From: Mustelus asterias
Lineage: Eukaryota
Direction of reading: 5' to 3'
Assembly: GCF_964213995.1 (NCBI RefSeq)
Contig: NW_027590701.1
Coordinates: 62,001-126,000 of the forward strand
DNA length: 64,000 nt
The position numbers were made by a program, and so were the translations under genes. Each line of letters begins with the position of its first letter. Position 1 is the stretch's first letter. Of this stretch, positions 1 through 11,859 are shown piece by piece. A model generated the notes under the pieces. That model made no database searches and had not been told where the DNA came from. It saw only the letters and a list, made by a program, of their open reading frames with translations.

Positions 1-38
1 TGGCAGCCTGCAGGTACATTTTCAGCTCTCTGTGTCCA

Positions 39-278
39 GGGTAGGACAGGAAGCAGTGAGCATGGATCTGTCAATCAGCTTCAATCAGCACCTTCAGGAG
101 AATTGGGAGGGTGAATATTAGATACAGCAGAGTGAGAATGGAGGGAGAGTGTGTGGGATGGAGATTTACAGCTTTTGGGGAATGAGAGAGGAAAGAATGT
201 TCCATAGAAACTAGAATTGTCTGTTCTGAATTTCTATCCTGTGCTGACACTGATGACTTTTGTAAATTCCTTTTGCAG
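39..278 (+). other. Family-conserved short upstream exon (~39-110) and intron (111-278) preceding the coding exon
   Basis: Donor ggagg/gtgaat and acceptor ttttgcag/gatatc. The block recurs, wholly or in part, at ~3190-3290, 8320-8420, 36460-36680, 47350-47590 (+) and 43345-43580, 57400-57635 (-). Splicing is inferred. Confidence 0.6.
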
Positions 279-619
279 GATATCAGAAGGTGAAGATTTA
301 AAGACGAATATCAAACCAAACTTCACATCAAAATCTAACATAGTCACTCAGTTCATTGGGACCTGAATATCATCGACATTTGAATCTGGAATGGAAATAT
401 TTCTCTGCTCTGTCTGCTTCAGGAGATTTTAAACATCAGTGTGACTGGAAAAGCACCGAGACACACACACACTGAAACATGCACACACCTGAGTGACTGT
501 GGAAAGAACTTTAACCAGTTAAACAGCCTGAAAATACATTGCAGCAGAGAGACTGCACCCATGTTATGTTGTAACTGAACTGATTGTCAAGCCTGGAGAG
601 TCACAAGGACACCCGCACC

Positions 620-1461
620 ATGGAGAAATTGTGTAAATGTGGGGACTGTGGGAAAGGATTCAGGTTCCCATCTGCACTGGAAACTCATCGGCGCAGTCAC
701 ACTGGAGAGAGACATTCACCTGCTGTGTGTGTGGGAAGGGATTCACTCAGTTATCCCATTTACAAACACACCAGGGAGTTCACAGTGGGGACAGACCATT
801 CACCTGCTCTGTGTGTGGGAAGGGATTCAGTCAGTTATCCAACCTGCTGAAACACAAAGTCACTCACACTGATGAGAGACCCTTTAAATGCTCTGACTGT
901 GGGAGTGGTTTCAAATGCTCTGGAGATCTGGTGTCCCACCAGCGCATTCACAGTGAGGAGAGACCGTTCAGCTGCTCTCACTGCACAAAGTGGTTTAGAA
1001 CATCATCCAACCTGCGGGAACACCAGCGCATTCACACCGGGGAGAGGCCGTTCACCTGCTCTGTGTGTGGGAAAGAGTTCACTCGGTTGAACAATCTGTT
1101 GACACACCAACGGGTTCACACCAGAGAGAGACCCTACACCTGCTCTGTGTGTGGGACGGGATTCACTCAGTTGCCCAACTTGTTGAGCCACAAGGTCACT
1201 CACACCCAGGAGAGACCCTTTAAATGCTCTGACTGTGGGAGTGGCTTCAAAAGCTCTCGGGAACTGATGGTCCACCAACCCATTCACACTGACGAGAGAC
1301 CGTTTAGCTGCTCTCACTGCTCAAAGAGGTTTAGGAGGTCATCCACACGGCGGAGACACCAGCGGGTTCACACCGGGGAGAGACCGTTCACCTGCTCTGT
1401 GTGTGGGAAGAGATTCAATCGATCATGCAACCTGCAGAGACACCAGCAAGTTCACAAGTGA
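620..1461 (+). pseudogene. C2H2 zinc-finger gene ZNF-1 (10 fingers) with 1-bp frameshift after finger 1
   Basis: accATGgagaaa at 620. Finger 1 is in ORF 584..850 and fingers 2-10 in ORF 637..1461. The linker reads gagagacattc instead of gagagaccattc at ~713. Could be a sequencing error. Confidence 0.85.
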
Positions 1462-2042
1462 TTCCAGGGGTTGGATTCTGCTGTTGGTGAAGTGGGAGGG
1501 TCGGACAGATTCTTTCTGCTGGACTGGCCGGTCTCACGACTTTGCCTCCAGTGGGCTGATGCTCTTTGAGCCTGGGAGAGCACATTTCCACTGAAATGAT
1601 CCACAAAAGCTGATCAAGGACATTTATTTTATCCTGGATAGTAAATAGTGCTTTTCCTGCCACTACAGGTAGATCTGAAATAAACACAGAAAGAACTGGA
1701 AAAACGCAGCAGGTCTGGCAGCATCTGTGGAGAGGTAAACAGAGTTAATGTTTCACATCCAATGTAACTCTACTTCAGAACCAAAGAGAGGGAGAAATAT
1801 AATGAGTTTGGTGTTGGTGGGAAAGGGGGAGAGTCGTGTGGATGGTCAAAGAACCACTACAAAATTAATTTTTGAATTCCATAATGGCAATATTAGCTTT
1901 TAAAAGCAATGGTGACTAAGAATTAGGCATGCTGGGATTTTTGGTCAACTTATAATTAAAAACAGATGCAGGCTGCAGAGTTACTGTGAGCGATGACCTG
2001 GTCTGGGAACTGTGACCTGAAGCTTCCTGTGTTGACCAAATG

Positions 2043-2725
2043 AACAAAGAACAAAGAAATTTACAGCACAGGAACAGGCCTTTTGACCCTCCAAGCCTGC
2101 ACCAACCAGACTGCCCGACTGAACTGAAACCCCCTACCCTTCCGGGGACCATATCCCTCCATTCCCATCCTAGTCATGTACTTGTCAAGACCTCTCTTAA
2201 AACTCACTACCATATCCGCTTCACTACCTCCCCCGGCAACGAGTTCCGGGCACCCACCACTCTCTGTGTGATAAAAAACTTGCTTCGTACATCTCCTTTA
2301 AACCTTGCCCCTCGCACCTTAAACCTATGCCCCTAATAATTGACTCTTCCACCCTGGGAAAAAGCTTCTGACTATCCACTCTGTCCATGCTTCTCATAAT
2401 ATTGTAGAATTCTATCAGGTCTCCCCTCAACCTCCATCGTTCCAGTGAGAACAAACCAAGTTTCTCCAACCTCCTCTCATAGCTAATGCCCTCCACACCA
2501 GGCAACATCCTGGTAAATCTTTTCGATACCCTCTCCAAAGCCTCCATATCCTTCTGATAGTGTGGCGACCAGAATTGAACACTATATTCCAAGTGCAGCC
2601 TAACTAAGGTTCTATAAAGCTGCAACATGACTTGCCAATTTTTAAACTCAATACTCTGTCCGATGAAGCAAGCATGCCGTATGCCTTCTTGACTACCCTC
2701 TCCACCTGCATTGCCACTTTCAGTT
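2043..2725 (-). mobile_element. CR1-like LINE 3' fragment
   Basis: ORF2 C-terminus LYRTLVRLHLEYSVQFWSP...LRGDLIE; (ttctttg)n tail at 2043-2058. Confidence 0.9.
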
Positions 2726-2734
2726 TCCCCAGGA

Positions 2735-3040
2735 AATAGAAACTAGAAGCAGGAGTTGGCCATTCGGCCCTTTGCGTTTACTCCACCATTCATTATGATC
2801 ATGGATGATCATCAAATTCAATATTGTGATTTCCCCCCCATATCCCTTGATGCCTTGAACCTCAAGAGCTCTATCTAATTTATTCTAGAAATCACACAGC
2901 GTTTTGGCCTCAACTACTTTCTGTGGTAGTGAATTCCGCACATTCACCACTCTCTGGGTGAAGACATTTCTTCTCACTTCATCTCTTATCTTCAAACTAT
3001 GACCCCCTAGTTCTGGATTCACCACCATCGGGAACATCGG
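2735..3040 (-). mobile_element. CR1-like LINE 3' end fragment
   Basis: FTQRVVN-like coding remnant and CR1-type 3' UTR. Confidence 0.75.
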
Positions 3041-3606
3041 GAGATGGCTGACATTGAAGGAGACAGTAAATATAGGACAGAGATACATCTAATGTTGTTA
3101 CATGGTACAGATTAGATATATTATTTATGGTTCTGTAATAAAATACATTTATTATTTCTAGCCTTGTAATATGCCACTGTAGCTACATTATAGAATGAGA
3201 GAGGAAAGAATGCTCTGTAGAAACTCGAATTGTCTGTTTTGAATTTCTATCCTGTTCTGGCAGTGATGACTTTTGTAAAATCTTTTCCAGGATATCAGAA
3301 GGTGAGGATTTACAGACAGAAATCTCGAACCAAACGTCACATCAACATCTGACAGAGTCGCTCAATTTATTGGGAGCTGAGTATCATCGGCATTTGAATC
3401 TCGAAGGAGAAATGTTTGTTTATTTTGTCTGCGACAGAAGATTTTAAACATCAGTGTGACTGGAAAAGCACCGAGACACACACACATCTGAGTGAGAGTG
3501 TTTCAGCTTTAACTAGTTACACAGTTTTTCAAAACATTACCCTTTGGAACCTGGAAAGACGCTACACGTGTTGTGTGTGTGTGGACACCTCAGTTGATTC
3601 TTGAAT

Positions 3607-4227
3607 ATGGAGAGACACAAGGACACCTGTACCATGGAGAAACCATGGAAATGTGCGGAATGTGGGAAGGGCTTCATTACTCCATCAAGTCTGGAAAGTC
3701 ATCGACGCATTCACACCGGGGAGAGGCCGTTTACTTGCTCTGACTGTGGGAAGGGATTCACTCAGTTATCCCACCTGCGGACACACCAGCGAGTTCACAC
3801 AGGGGAGAGGCCTTTTATCTGCATTGACTGTGGGAAGGGATTCACTCAGTCATCCAACCTGGTCGGACACCAGCGAGTTCACACTGGAGAGAGGCCATTC
3901 ATCTGCACTGAGTGTGGAAAGGGATTCAGAGATTCATCCACTTTGCAGAAACACCAGAGAGTTCACACTGGGGAAAGACCATTCACCTGCTCTGATTGTG
4001 GGAAGCGATTCCGAGATTCCTCCACCCTGGTGAGACACCATCAGTTTCATACCGGGGAGAAACCGTTCATCTGCTCTGACTGTGGGAAGGGATTCACTCA
4101 GTTATCCACCCTGCAGACACACCAGCGAGTTCACACCGGGGAGAGACCATTCACCTGCTCTCAGTGTGGGAAGGGATTCACTCGGTCAACATCCCTGCTG
4201 AGACACCAGCGGGTTCACAATTGCTGA
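3607..4227 (+). CDS. C2H2 zinc-finger protein ZNF-2, 7 fingers
   Basis: Intact ORF with tandem CxxC-x12-HxxxH and TGERP/TGEKP linkers. ATG at 3607, or the family ATG (MEKPW) at 3634. Confidence 0.9.
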   Translation: MERHKDTCTMEKPWKCAECGKGFITPSSLESHRRIHTGERPFTCSDCGKGFTQLSHLRTHQRVHTGERPFICIDCGKGFTQSSNLVGHQRVHTGERPFICTECGKGFRDSSTLQKHQRVHTGERPFTCSDCGKRFRDSSTLVRHHQFHTGEKPFICSDCGKGFTQLSTLQTHQRVHTGERPFTCSQCGKGFTRSTSLLRHQRVHNC

Positions 4228-4834
4228 CACGGGTTGGATTCTGCTGTTAATCACATCCAGGACTGAACCATGTTCATTCTGACAGTTGGTGAAGTGGGAG
4301 GGTCGGAGGGTTTCTTTCTGCTGGACTGGCCAGTCTCCCAACTTTGTTTCCAGTGGGCTGATGCTCTTTGAGCCTGGGAGAGCACATTTCCACTGAAATG
4401 CTCCACATACGCCGATGAAGGACGTTTATGTTATCCGGTTGTAAATAATGTGTTTCCCCCCCTACTACATGCAGGCCTAAAATAAATGCAGAAAGAACTG
4501 AAAAAATGCAGCTCGTGGAAAAAAATATCCTGGAGCAAAAGAGAAAGGGAGAGGTAATGGTTGTTGTAAATAAATAAAGCATTGGTCCAGAGTAAGTTTA
4601 ATGGCTGAATAAAGGACAGCCCTCCCTATATCTCTCCAGATAAGGCAATTGAAGCCTGATCCACACACACGTGTGTGGTCTCTCCCCGCTGTGAATGGTG
4701 CGATATTTTTTCAGGATGGGTAACCAGTTAAAGCTCTTTCCATAGTCAGTGCACTGGAACACTCTCACTCAGGTGTGTTTGTATGTGTGTGTTGGTGTCT
4801 TTCCAGTCACACTGATGTTTAAAATCATTTGAAA

Positions 4835-5357
4835 CCCCATTTGGAATATTGTGAGCATATCTGAGGAACGATGTGCTGGCCTTGGAAAGGGTTCAGAGGA
4901 GGTTCACAAGAATGATTCCTGGAATGAAGAGCTTGTCATTTGAGGAATGGTTGAGGACTCTGCATCTGTACTCGGAGTTTCGAAGGATGAGAGGGGATCT
5001 TATTGAAACTTACAGGATAGTGCGAGGCCTGGATAGAGTGAACATGGAGAGGATGTTTCCGTGAGTAGGAAAAACTAGAACTAGAGGGCACAAGCTCAGA
5101 CTAAAGGGACAATCCTTTAAAACAGAGATGAGGAGGAATTTCTTCAGCCAGAGAGTGGTGAATCTGTGGAACTCTTTGCCACAGAAGGCTGTTGAGGCCA
5201 GGTCATTGAGTGTCTTTCAGACAGAGATAGATAGGTTCTTGATTAATAAGGGGATCAGTGGTTATGGGAAAAAGGTTGAGAAAAATATCAGCCATGATTG
5301 AATGGCAGACAGACGCGATGGGCCGAGTGGCCTAATTCTGCTCCTATGCTTTATGAT
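4835..5357 (+). mobile_element. CR1-like LINE 3' fragment
   Basis: LERVQRRFTRMIPG...RMRGDLIETY and 3' UTR. Confidence 0.85.
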
Positions 5358-5614
5358 CTAAACCGACAGAACAGAGAAACATTTCTCCTCCTAGATTCAA
5401 AGCCGATGATGTTCTGGTCGCAAGGAATCAAGTGACTGTCAGATCTGTACGTGAAGTTGGAGATTTCTGTCTGTAAATCCTCACCTAATATCCTGTAAAA
5501 GGTGTTTGCAACAGACATCACAGTCAGTACAAGATAGAAATTCAGAACAAACAATTCTAGTTTCTATGGAACATTATTTCCTCTCTTATTCCCCAAATCT
5601 GTAAATCTGAATCC

Positions 5615-5910
5615 TTTTTATTTATTAGTGGGAGAAGTTGGTTTACATTAACATTTTGCAATGAAGTTACTGTGAAAATCCCCGAGTTGTCACACTCCGG
5701 CACCTGTTTGGCCATGCCAAATTCTCCTTCAGTGTAACCAATGTGCCGAACCAGCACGTCTTTCGGACTGTGGGAGGAAACCGGAGTAACCGGAGGAAAC
5801 CCACGCAAGCACAGGGAAAACATGCAGAGTCCGCATACTCAGTGATCCAAGCTGGGAATTGAACCCTGGTCCCTGGCGCTGTGAGGCAGCAGTGCTTTCC
5901 GCTGTGCTGC
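5615..5910 (-). mobile_element. tRNA-derived V-SINE (HE1-like head/core, alternative tail)
   Basis: agcactgctgcctcacagcgccagggacc head and gtgggtttcctccgg..ctccggtttcctcccacagtcc core. Confidence 0.8.
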
Positions 5911-6029
5911 CCTTTACTCAACACTCCCTCCATTCTCACTCTGCTGTATCTAATATTCACCCTCCCCATTCTCCTGAAGGTGCTGATTGAGGCTGATTGA
6001 CAGATCCATGCTCACTGCTTCCTGCCCTG

Positions 6030-6262
6030 TTGTGAGACTTCTTACTGTGTCCTGCCTCATTATTTTGTAAATTGTGTTTGTGAACTGAAATCTCACTCAC
6101 CTGATCAAGGAGCAGCACTTCGAAAGCTAGTGGCTTTTGCTGCCAGATAAACCTGTTGGACTTCAACCTAATGTTGTGAGACTTCTGACTGTGTTTACCC
6201 CAGTCCAATACTCGATTTGGATGAATTGGAAAAGTATTAAAAAAAACTCCAGTATCTCCACA
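6030..6262 (+). mobile_element. Penelope-like terminus (family 1), partial tandem, degenerate hammerhead
   Basis: ttgtgagacttct(t/g)actgtg repeated at ~6030 and ~6174; cacctgatcaaggagcagcacttcgaaagctagtg; flanked by tcctg(c/t)cctg duplication. Confidence 0.7.
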
Positions 6263-6361
6263 TCCTGTCCTGGACACAGAGAGCTGGAAATCTCCATGCA
6301 GGCGGCCAGACAGATATATGTCTATCTGACTGGACTAACAATGTGTGGAATGTACAGACTG

Positions 6362-6745
6362 GGAGAACAATGGGTGGGGGCGGGGCTCCCGGGTCTGTGC
6401 GCCTGAACCCGGAGACGTCACCATGGAGCACAGTGATTGCTATTGGCTGAATCAGGAGGGGTCCATTGTGCCGTCACAATGACTCAGAGGGGCGTTCCCA
6501 GCACACAGTGTCCCATTGGCAGCAATATCACTGGTTACAGAAGCAGCACACTGCGGATTGGACACCAGCTCAGCGCGGCTGGCGGTCAAAGCCCCGCCCA
6601 CCCCCACGTGGGCTCGGGTTCCGCCCCCTCATTGTCTCCATGCGGCAGATTGACCAATGGCAACGCGTGGAGGACCGGATGGGCGCTGGTCCTCCAGCCA
6701 ATCAGAGTCCGGCCCCTGTGTCAATGCCGCGCGGAGCTTCCTGTG
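6362..6745. promoter_or_regulatory. CpG-rich promoter between the ZNF relic (-) and ZNF-3 (+)
   Basis: GC boxes (ggggcgggg), several CCAAT boxes, a CRE-like site and the spaced palindrome at 6668-6696. Confidence 0.65.
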
Positions 6746-7095
6746 GACATGAATGTGGGGGTTCGATCAGTAAGTTTGCTGATGGTCCAAAAATTGGTGA
6801 TGTGGTAAATAGCGAGGGGGAAAGCCTTAGATTACAGGATGATGTGGACGAGCTGCTTAGATAGGCAAAATAGTGGCAATTGTAATTTAACCCTGAAATG
6901 TCTGAGGTGATGCATTTTGGAAGGACTAACAAGGCAAGGGAACAGATAATGAACAATAGGACGCCAGGAAGTACAGAGGACCAGAGGGACCTTGGGGTGC
7001 ATGTCCATAGGACCCTGAACACAGTAGGACAGATTGATAAACTTGTTAAGAAGGGATATGGGATACTTGTCTTTTTTAGCCAAGGCATCAAATAT

Positions 7096-7390
7096 GCGTG
7101 GACCTGCAGAGTTTCACTGGCTGTCTTGTCTGGAGACAATACACATCTTTTTAGCCTGTCTTGATGCTCTCTCCACTCCCATTGTTTTGTTTCTTAAAGA
7201 CTGGATTAGTTGTAAGTATTCGCATTCCAACCATTATTCATGTAAATTGAGTCTGTGTCTTTATAAGTTCTGTTTGTGAACAGAATTCCCACTCACCTGA
7301 AGAAGGGGCTCAGAGCCTCGAAAGCTTGTGTGGCTTTTGCTACCAAATAAACCTGTTGGACTTTAACCTGGTGTTGTTAAACTTCTTACT
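7096..7390 (+). mobile_element. Penelope-like element terminus (family 1) with 9-bp TSD
   Basis: TSD atcaaatat at 7087-7095 and 7391-7399. Carries a hammerhead motif and the aataaacctgttggactttaacctggtgttg tail. Confidence 0.8.
7294..7330 (+). ncRNA. Minimal type I hammerhead ribozyme motif (Penelope-type)
   Basis: CAC-CTGAAGA-A-GGGGCT-cag-AGCCTC-GAA-AGCT-T-GTG: conserved core, stem II, palindromic stem III and short stem I. Confidence 0.7.
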
Positions 7391-8772
7391 ATCAAATATT
7401 ACAGCAGGCAGGTTATGATTGAGTGTATAAAATGCTGGAGTACTGTCTGCAGTTCGGGTCACCACACTTTAGGAAGGATGTGATTGCACTGGAGAAGGTG
7501 CAGAGGAGATTCACCAGGATGCTGCCTGGGCTGGAACGTGTCAGTCATGAAGAGAGGCTGGTTAGGCTCGAATTGGTCTCCCTAAAGCAGAGAAGGCTGA
7601 GGGGGGGCCTGATTGAGATGTACAAAAATATGAACGCTCAGTTCACTGACCTTTAGTAGCTGGGTCAATATCCAGGGACATAGATTTAAGTGAGGGGCAG
7701 GAGAGTTAGAGGGGATTTGAGGGAAACAATTTTCACCCAGAGGGTGGTGGGAATCGGGAACTCACTGCCTGATTGGGGGGGGGGGGGGGGCAGGGGGAGG
7801 TGGGAACGCTCAACAGTAAGAAGCATTTAGATAAGTACTTGAAATGTCATAACATATAAGGCTGCTCCTGACCAAGTGGTGAAAGGTGGGATTAGAACAG
7901 ATTGGTGCTTGAGAGCTGGCACAAATACGATGGGTCAAAGGGCCTCTTGCTGTGTTTTAAAACTCTGAGGACAGAATTATGACAGTGTGGTTATGTGTTA
8001 AATATTGGATGGTTCTATAATAAAGTACATTTATTATTATTTCTTGTCTTGTAATATAGTACTGTAGCTATGTTATATATTTCCAGTCAGAGCCATTATA
8101 GCACAGGGGGAGTCCATTGGACAATTCAAGGCCCTGCTGACTCTCTGTCGAGCAATTCTGTCAGTCTGGAGAGGGTCCCATTCTGTACTCCTGCAGCACC
8201 CATCCAATCACATTTAGAAATTACTGACCATCTCTGCTTGACTACCCTCACAGGCAGCAAGTTCAGGAGCATGACTAATCACAACCCCCATATCTTAACC
8301 AACTTACAGATTTAGGGGAATGAGTGGGGAAAGAATGTTCTATAGAAACTAGAATTATCTGTTCTGAATTTTGATCCTGTAGTGACTGTGATGTCTGCTG
8401 CAAATTCCTTTTATAGGATATCAGAAGGTTAGGATCCATTGACAGAATCCCAAACCATGCGCCACGTCAAGATTTGACAGTCGCTCAATTCATCTGGACC
8501 TGAATACCATCGGCCTTTGCATCTAGAAGGAGAAATGTTTCTCTATTCTGTCTGCTTCAGAAGGCGTTAAATGTCAGTGTGACTGGAAAAGCACCAACGC
8601 ACACACACACCCGAGTGAGAGTGTTCCAGTGCACTGACTGTGGAAAGAGCTTTAACCAGTTATATAGCCTGAAAATACATCACAGCTTTCACAGTGGGCA
8701 GAGACTGTACCCGTGTTCTGTGTGAGATTTAACTGATTGTTTAACCTGGAGAGTCACAAGGACACCTGAACC

Positions 8773-9615
8773 ATGGAGAAACCATGGAAATGTGGGGACT
8801 GTGGGAAGGGATTCAGATTCCCATCTCGGCTGGAAATTCATCGACGTATTCACACTGAGGAGTGGCCATTCACCTGCTCTGAGTGTGGCATGGGATTCAC
8901 TTATTTCTCCAAGCTGTTGAACCACAAAGTCACTCACACTAATGAGAGACCCTTTAAATGCTCCGACTGTGGGAGCAGCTTCAAAAGGGCGCAGGAACTG
9001 CTGAGACACGAGCGAATTCACACTGAGGAGAAACCGTTCAGCTGCTCTCAATGCTCAAAGAGATTTAGATCAACATCCAACCTGCAGGAACACCAGCGAG
9101 TTCACACCAGTGAGAGACCCTTTAAATGCTCCGACTGTGGGAGTGAATTCAAAAGGTCTCAGGATCTGAGGGACCACCAGCACATTCACACCGAGGAGAG
9201 ACCATTCAGCTGCTCTCACTGCACAAAGAGGTTTCGAACATCATCCCACCTGCAGAGACACCAGCGAATTCACACTGGGGAGAAACCATTCACCTGCTGT
9301 GTGTGTGGGAAGGGATTCATCGATTCATTCAACCTGCGGGAACACCAGCGAACTCTCATTGGGGAGAGGCCATTTATCTGCTGTGTGTGTGGAAAGGGAT
9401 TCACCCGGGCATCCAGCCTGCTGACACACCAGCGGGTTCACACCGGGGAGGGGCTGTTTACCTGCTCTCACTGTGGGAAGGGATTCACTCAGTTATCCAG
9501 ACTGCAGGTACACGTTCGAGTTCACACTGGGGAGAGACCATTCACCTGCTCTGTGTGTGGAAAGGGATTCACTCAGTCAACATCCCTGCAGAGACACCAG
9601 CGAGTTCACAAGTGA
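8773..9615 (+). CDS. C2H2 zinc-finger protein ZNF-3, 10 fingers (finger 7 lacks the last His)
   Basis: 280 aa intact ORF MEKPWKC...HQRVHK with accATGG Kozak context. Confidence 0.92.
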   Translation: MEKPWKCGDCGKGFRFPSRLEIHRRIHTEEWPFTCSECGMGFTYFSKLLNHKVTHTNERPFKCSDCGSSFKRAQELLRHERIHTEEKPFSCSQCSKRFRSTSNLQEHQRVHTSERPFKCSDCGSEFKRSQDLRDHQHIHTEERPFSCSHCTKRFRTSSHLQRHQRIHTGEKPFTCCVCGKGFIDSFNLREHQRTLIGERPFICCVCGKGFTRASSLLTHQRVHTGEGLFTCSHCGKGFTQLSRLQVHVRVHTGERPFTCSVCGKGFTQSTSLQRHQRVHK

Positions 9616-9874
9616 TGACAGGGGTTGGATTCTGCTGTTATTGCTGCTGTTAATCACATCCAGGACTGAACCATGTTCATTCTGACAGTTGATGAAGCGG
9701 GAGGGTCGGAGGGTTTCTTTCTGCTGGACTGGCCGGTCGCACAACTTTGCTTCCAATGGGCTGATGCTCTTTGAGCCTGGGAGAGCACATTTCCACTGAA
9801 ATGATCCACAAAAGCTGATGAAGGACATTTATTTTTCTGGGATAGTAAATAGTGTTTTTCCGACCACTACAGGT

Positions 9875-10505
9875 AGATCAAAAATAAATACAGAAAGAAC
9901 TGGAAAAACGCAGCAGGTCTGGCAGCATCTGTGGAGAGAGAAACAGAGTTAATGTTTCACGTCCAATGAAACTCTACTTCAGAACTAAAGAGAGGGAGAA
10001 ATGTGATGGGTTTGATGCTGGTGAGAAAGGGGGGAGGGTCAGGTAGAACAAAAGGGAAAGTCAGGGATTGGTTAGAGGGTGGGTGAGATTAAATGACAAA
10101 AATATCCCGGAACCCAAGGCAAAGGGAGAGGTAATGGTTGTGGTAAAGAAACAAAGCATTGGCCCAGAGTAAGTGTTATTGGCAGAATAAAGGACAGCTC
10201 TGTCTGGAAGCAAAAAACATGAAAACAAGGTGTAGACTGGCACTCGGCAAAAAACAACAAATCAAAATGGAGGAGAGAGTTCAGGGTGTGAAGTTGTTGA
10301 ACTCAATGTTGAGTCCAGAAGGCTGTAAAGTGCCTCATCGGAAGATGAGGGGCTGTTTGTCCAGCTTGTGTTGGGCTTCTCCGGAACATTGCAGCAGGCC
10401 GAGGACAGAAATGTGAGCGTGAGAGCAAGGTGGTGAATTCTAATGGCAAGCAAGCGGAAGGTCAGGGTCATGCTTGTGGACTGAGCGGAGGTGTTCCACA
10501 AAGAG
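9875..10505 (-). mobile_element. Penelope-like element (family 2): GIY-YIG endonuclease C-terminal remnant plus terminal repeat
   Basis: Minus strand translates VEHLRSVHKHDPDLPLACH*NSPPCSHAHISVLGLLQC...LIFR*GTLQPSGLNIEFNNF, typical of a PLE endonuclease C-terminus. Shorter copies at 1672-1800, 4478-4620 and 38170-38255. Confidence 0.75.
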
Positions 10506-11859
10506 GGCAGGGAACAGGCTACAGATGAATTCAAGAGAAACCATTTGTGTCCAGAACATTGTGAAGATCCTTTTACTCTGGTTGTCTTTGATCCTCAAGT
10601 CATTTTCTGTTTGTTTTAACCATGTTCTGTTTCATTAATAGACTTTTATCAGTAAAAATATTTGATTTTTCTGGACTTTTCCTGATGAGATTGATGCACT
10701 TTAGGGAAAGTGGGTGAGAGGTGTGGGCAGGTTCTTTAACAGAAAGTGAGTCCCTCTAAGGTAATTGGCAAAGGAGCCAGAGGGGGAGATGAGATTTTAT
10801 TTTTTGACACAGTGAGTTGTTCTGATCTGCCTGAAAGCAGATTCAATAGTTTACCTCCAAAGGGTAAAGACTTGAGTGGGAAGAATTTGGGGAAAAAACA
10901 GTGCAGTTGGATGAATCAGAGAGTTCTTTCAAAGAGATAACAGGAGGACGATGGGCTGAATGGAGTCCTCCTGTAGCCTGTCAATCTCATCCTCCAGCTT
11001 TTGTGCGTGTTAAAAGGGGCAGATTTCATTGCAGCCTCTTCCCTGTATATGTATTTAAAGAGACGAGTTTCTCTTTAGCTCTGAGTGACCGATATAACAA
11101 TTGGTTGGAGGCCCATTTCTCACTCAGTCCTCCAGCACCTTCCTGTCTCTCGATTACTGCAACATACATTGCAGTTTTCCAACTGGGGCGCAGGCCTCAT
11201 TATTCTCAGCTAAATTCAGCCCTCAGCTCCGTCGCCTGGCTGTCATTGACACAAGCAATAGAGAGACAGAAAGGTGCCCCAGGCTCAAATGGGAAGTCAA
11301 AACACAGGGCTTTGAATGAATTATTAGGATCTCTGTAATGATCAATAATTTAAAGAAATGAATTCTAAACTCAATGAGTAAATCAAAGAATCACATGACA
11401 AAACTTCAAGTTTTATGACTTCTCCTCCAACAAACTGGAAGCAACAATGACTAAACACTTTTTTGTCGGGAACATAACCCTTAAACTGTAAAATTGAACT
11501 TTGCCCTTTTACTCTTAACACCATCAAATGTCCCACTCAATGGGGATATTTTATTCCATCTTGGAATGTTGACACTCAATTCTCCAAGAATGAGTCCAAG
11601 GTGATTTTTCACTCCCCAAGAGTTTATTTCCATTGTTTTCCTTTTCCAATCTGGCAACCTTTAATCCCAGAGCTGTCCTTCACAGTGATGGTTCTCCTGG
11701 ACATTTTCCCACTAACACAAGCAAGGTGAATCTTCCAGCCTTGTTTCACAATTCTCAGAAATTTGTGACCAACATTCGACATTGGAGCAGAAGTTGGCCA
11801 TTTGGCCCTTTGAGTCTGCTCCACCATTTATTTAGATCATGGCTGATCTGTTTGTGTTG

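Larger units (their letters stand above)
4660..6360 (-). pseudogene. ZNF relic: 5' leader and introns only, coding array deleted
   Basis: Reverse-complement copies of the family leader blocks at 4660-4830, 5360-5610, 5915-6030 and 6263-6360, interrupted by a LINE, a SINE and a Penelope-like insertion. Confidence 0.75.
6745..7965 (+). mobile_element. Decayed CR1-like LINE interrupted by a Penelope-like insertion
   Basis: SKFADGPKIG, DLGVHVH and LEKVQRRFTRMLPG remnants. Confidence 0.85.

Noticed and set aside
578-620. Conserved in-frame TGA as selenocysteine or readthrough codon
   Set aside because: It is TAA in two paralogs, further stops and frameshifts lie upstream, and no SECIS was recognised.
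39-620. KRAB/SCAN/BTB effector exon upstream of the fingers
   Set aside because: No such motif recognised in any frame of the leader blocks; a distant exon cannot be fully excluded.
1003-1317. Antisense ORFs over ZNF arrays and LINEs
   Set aside because: Shadow frames of repetitive coding sequence.
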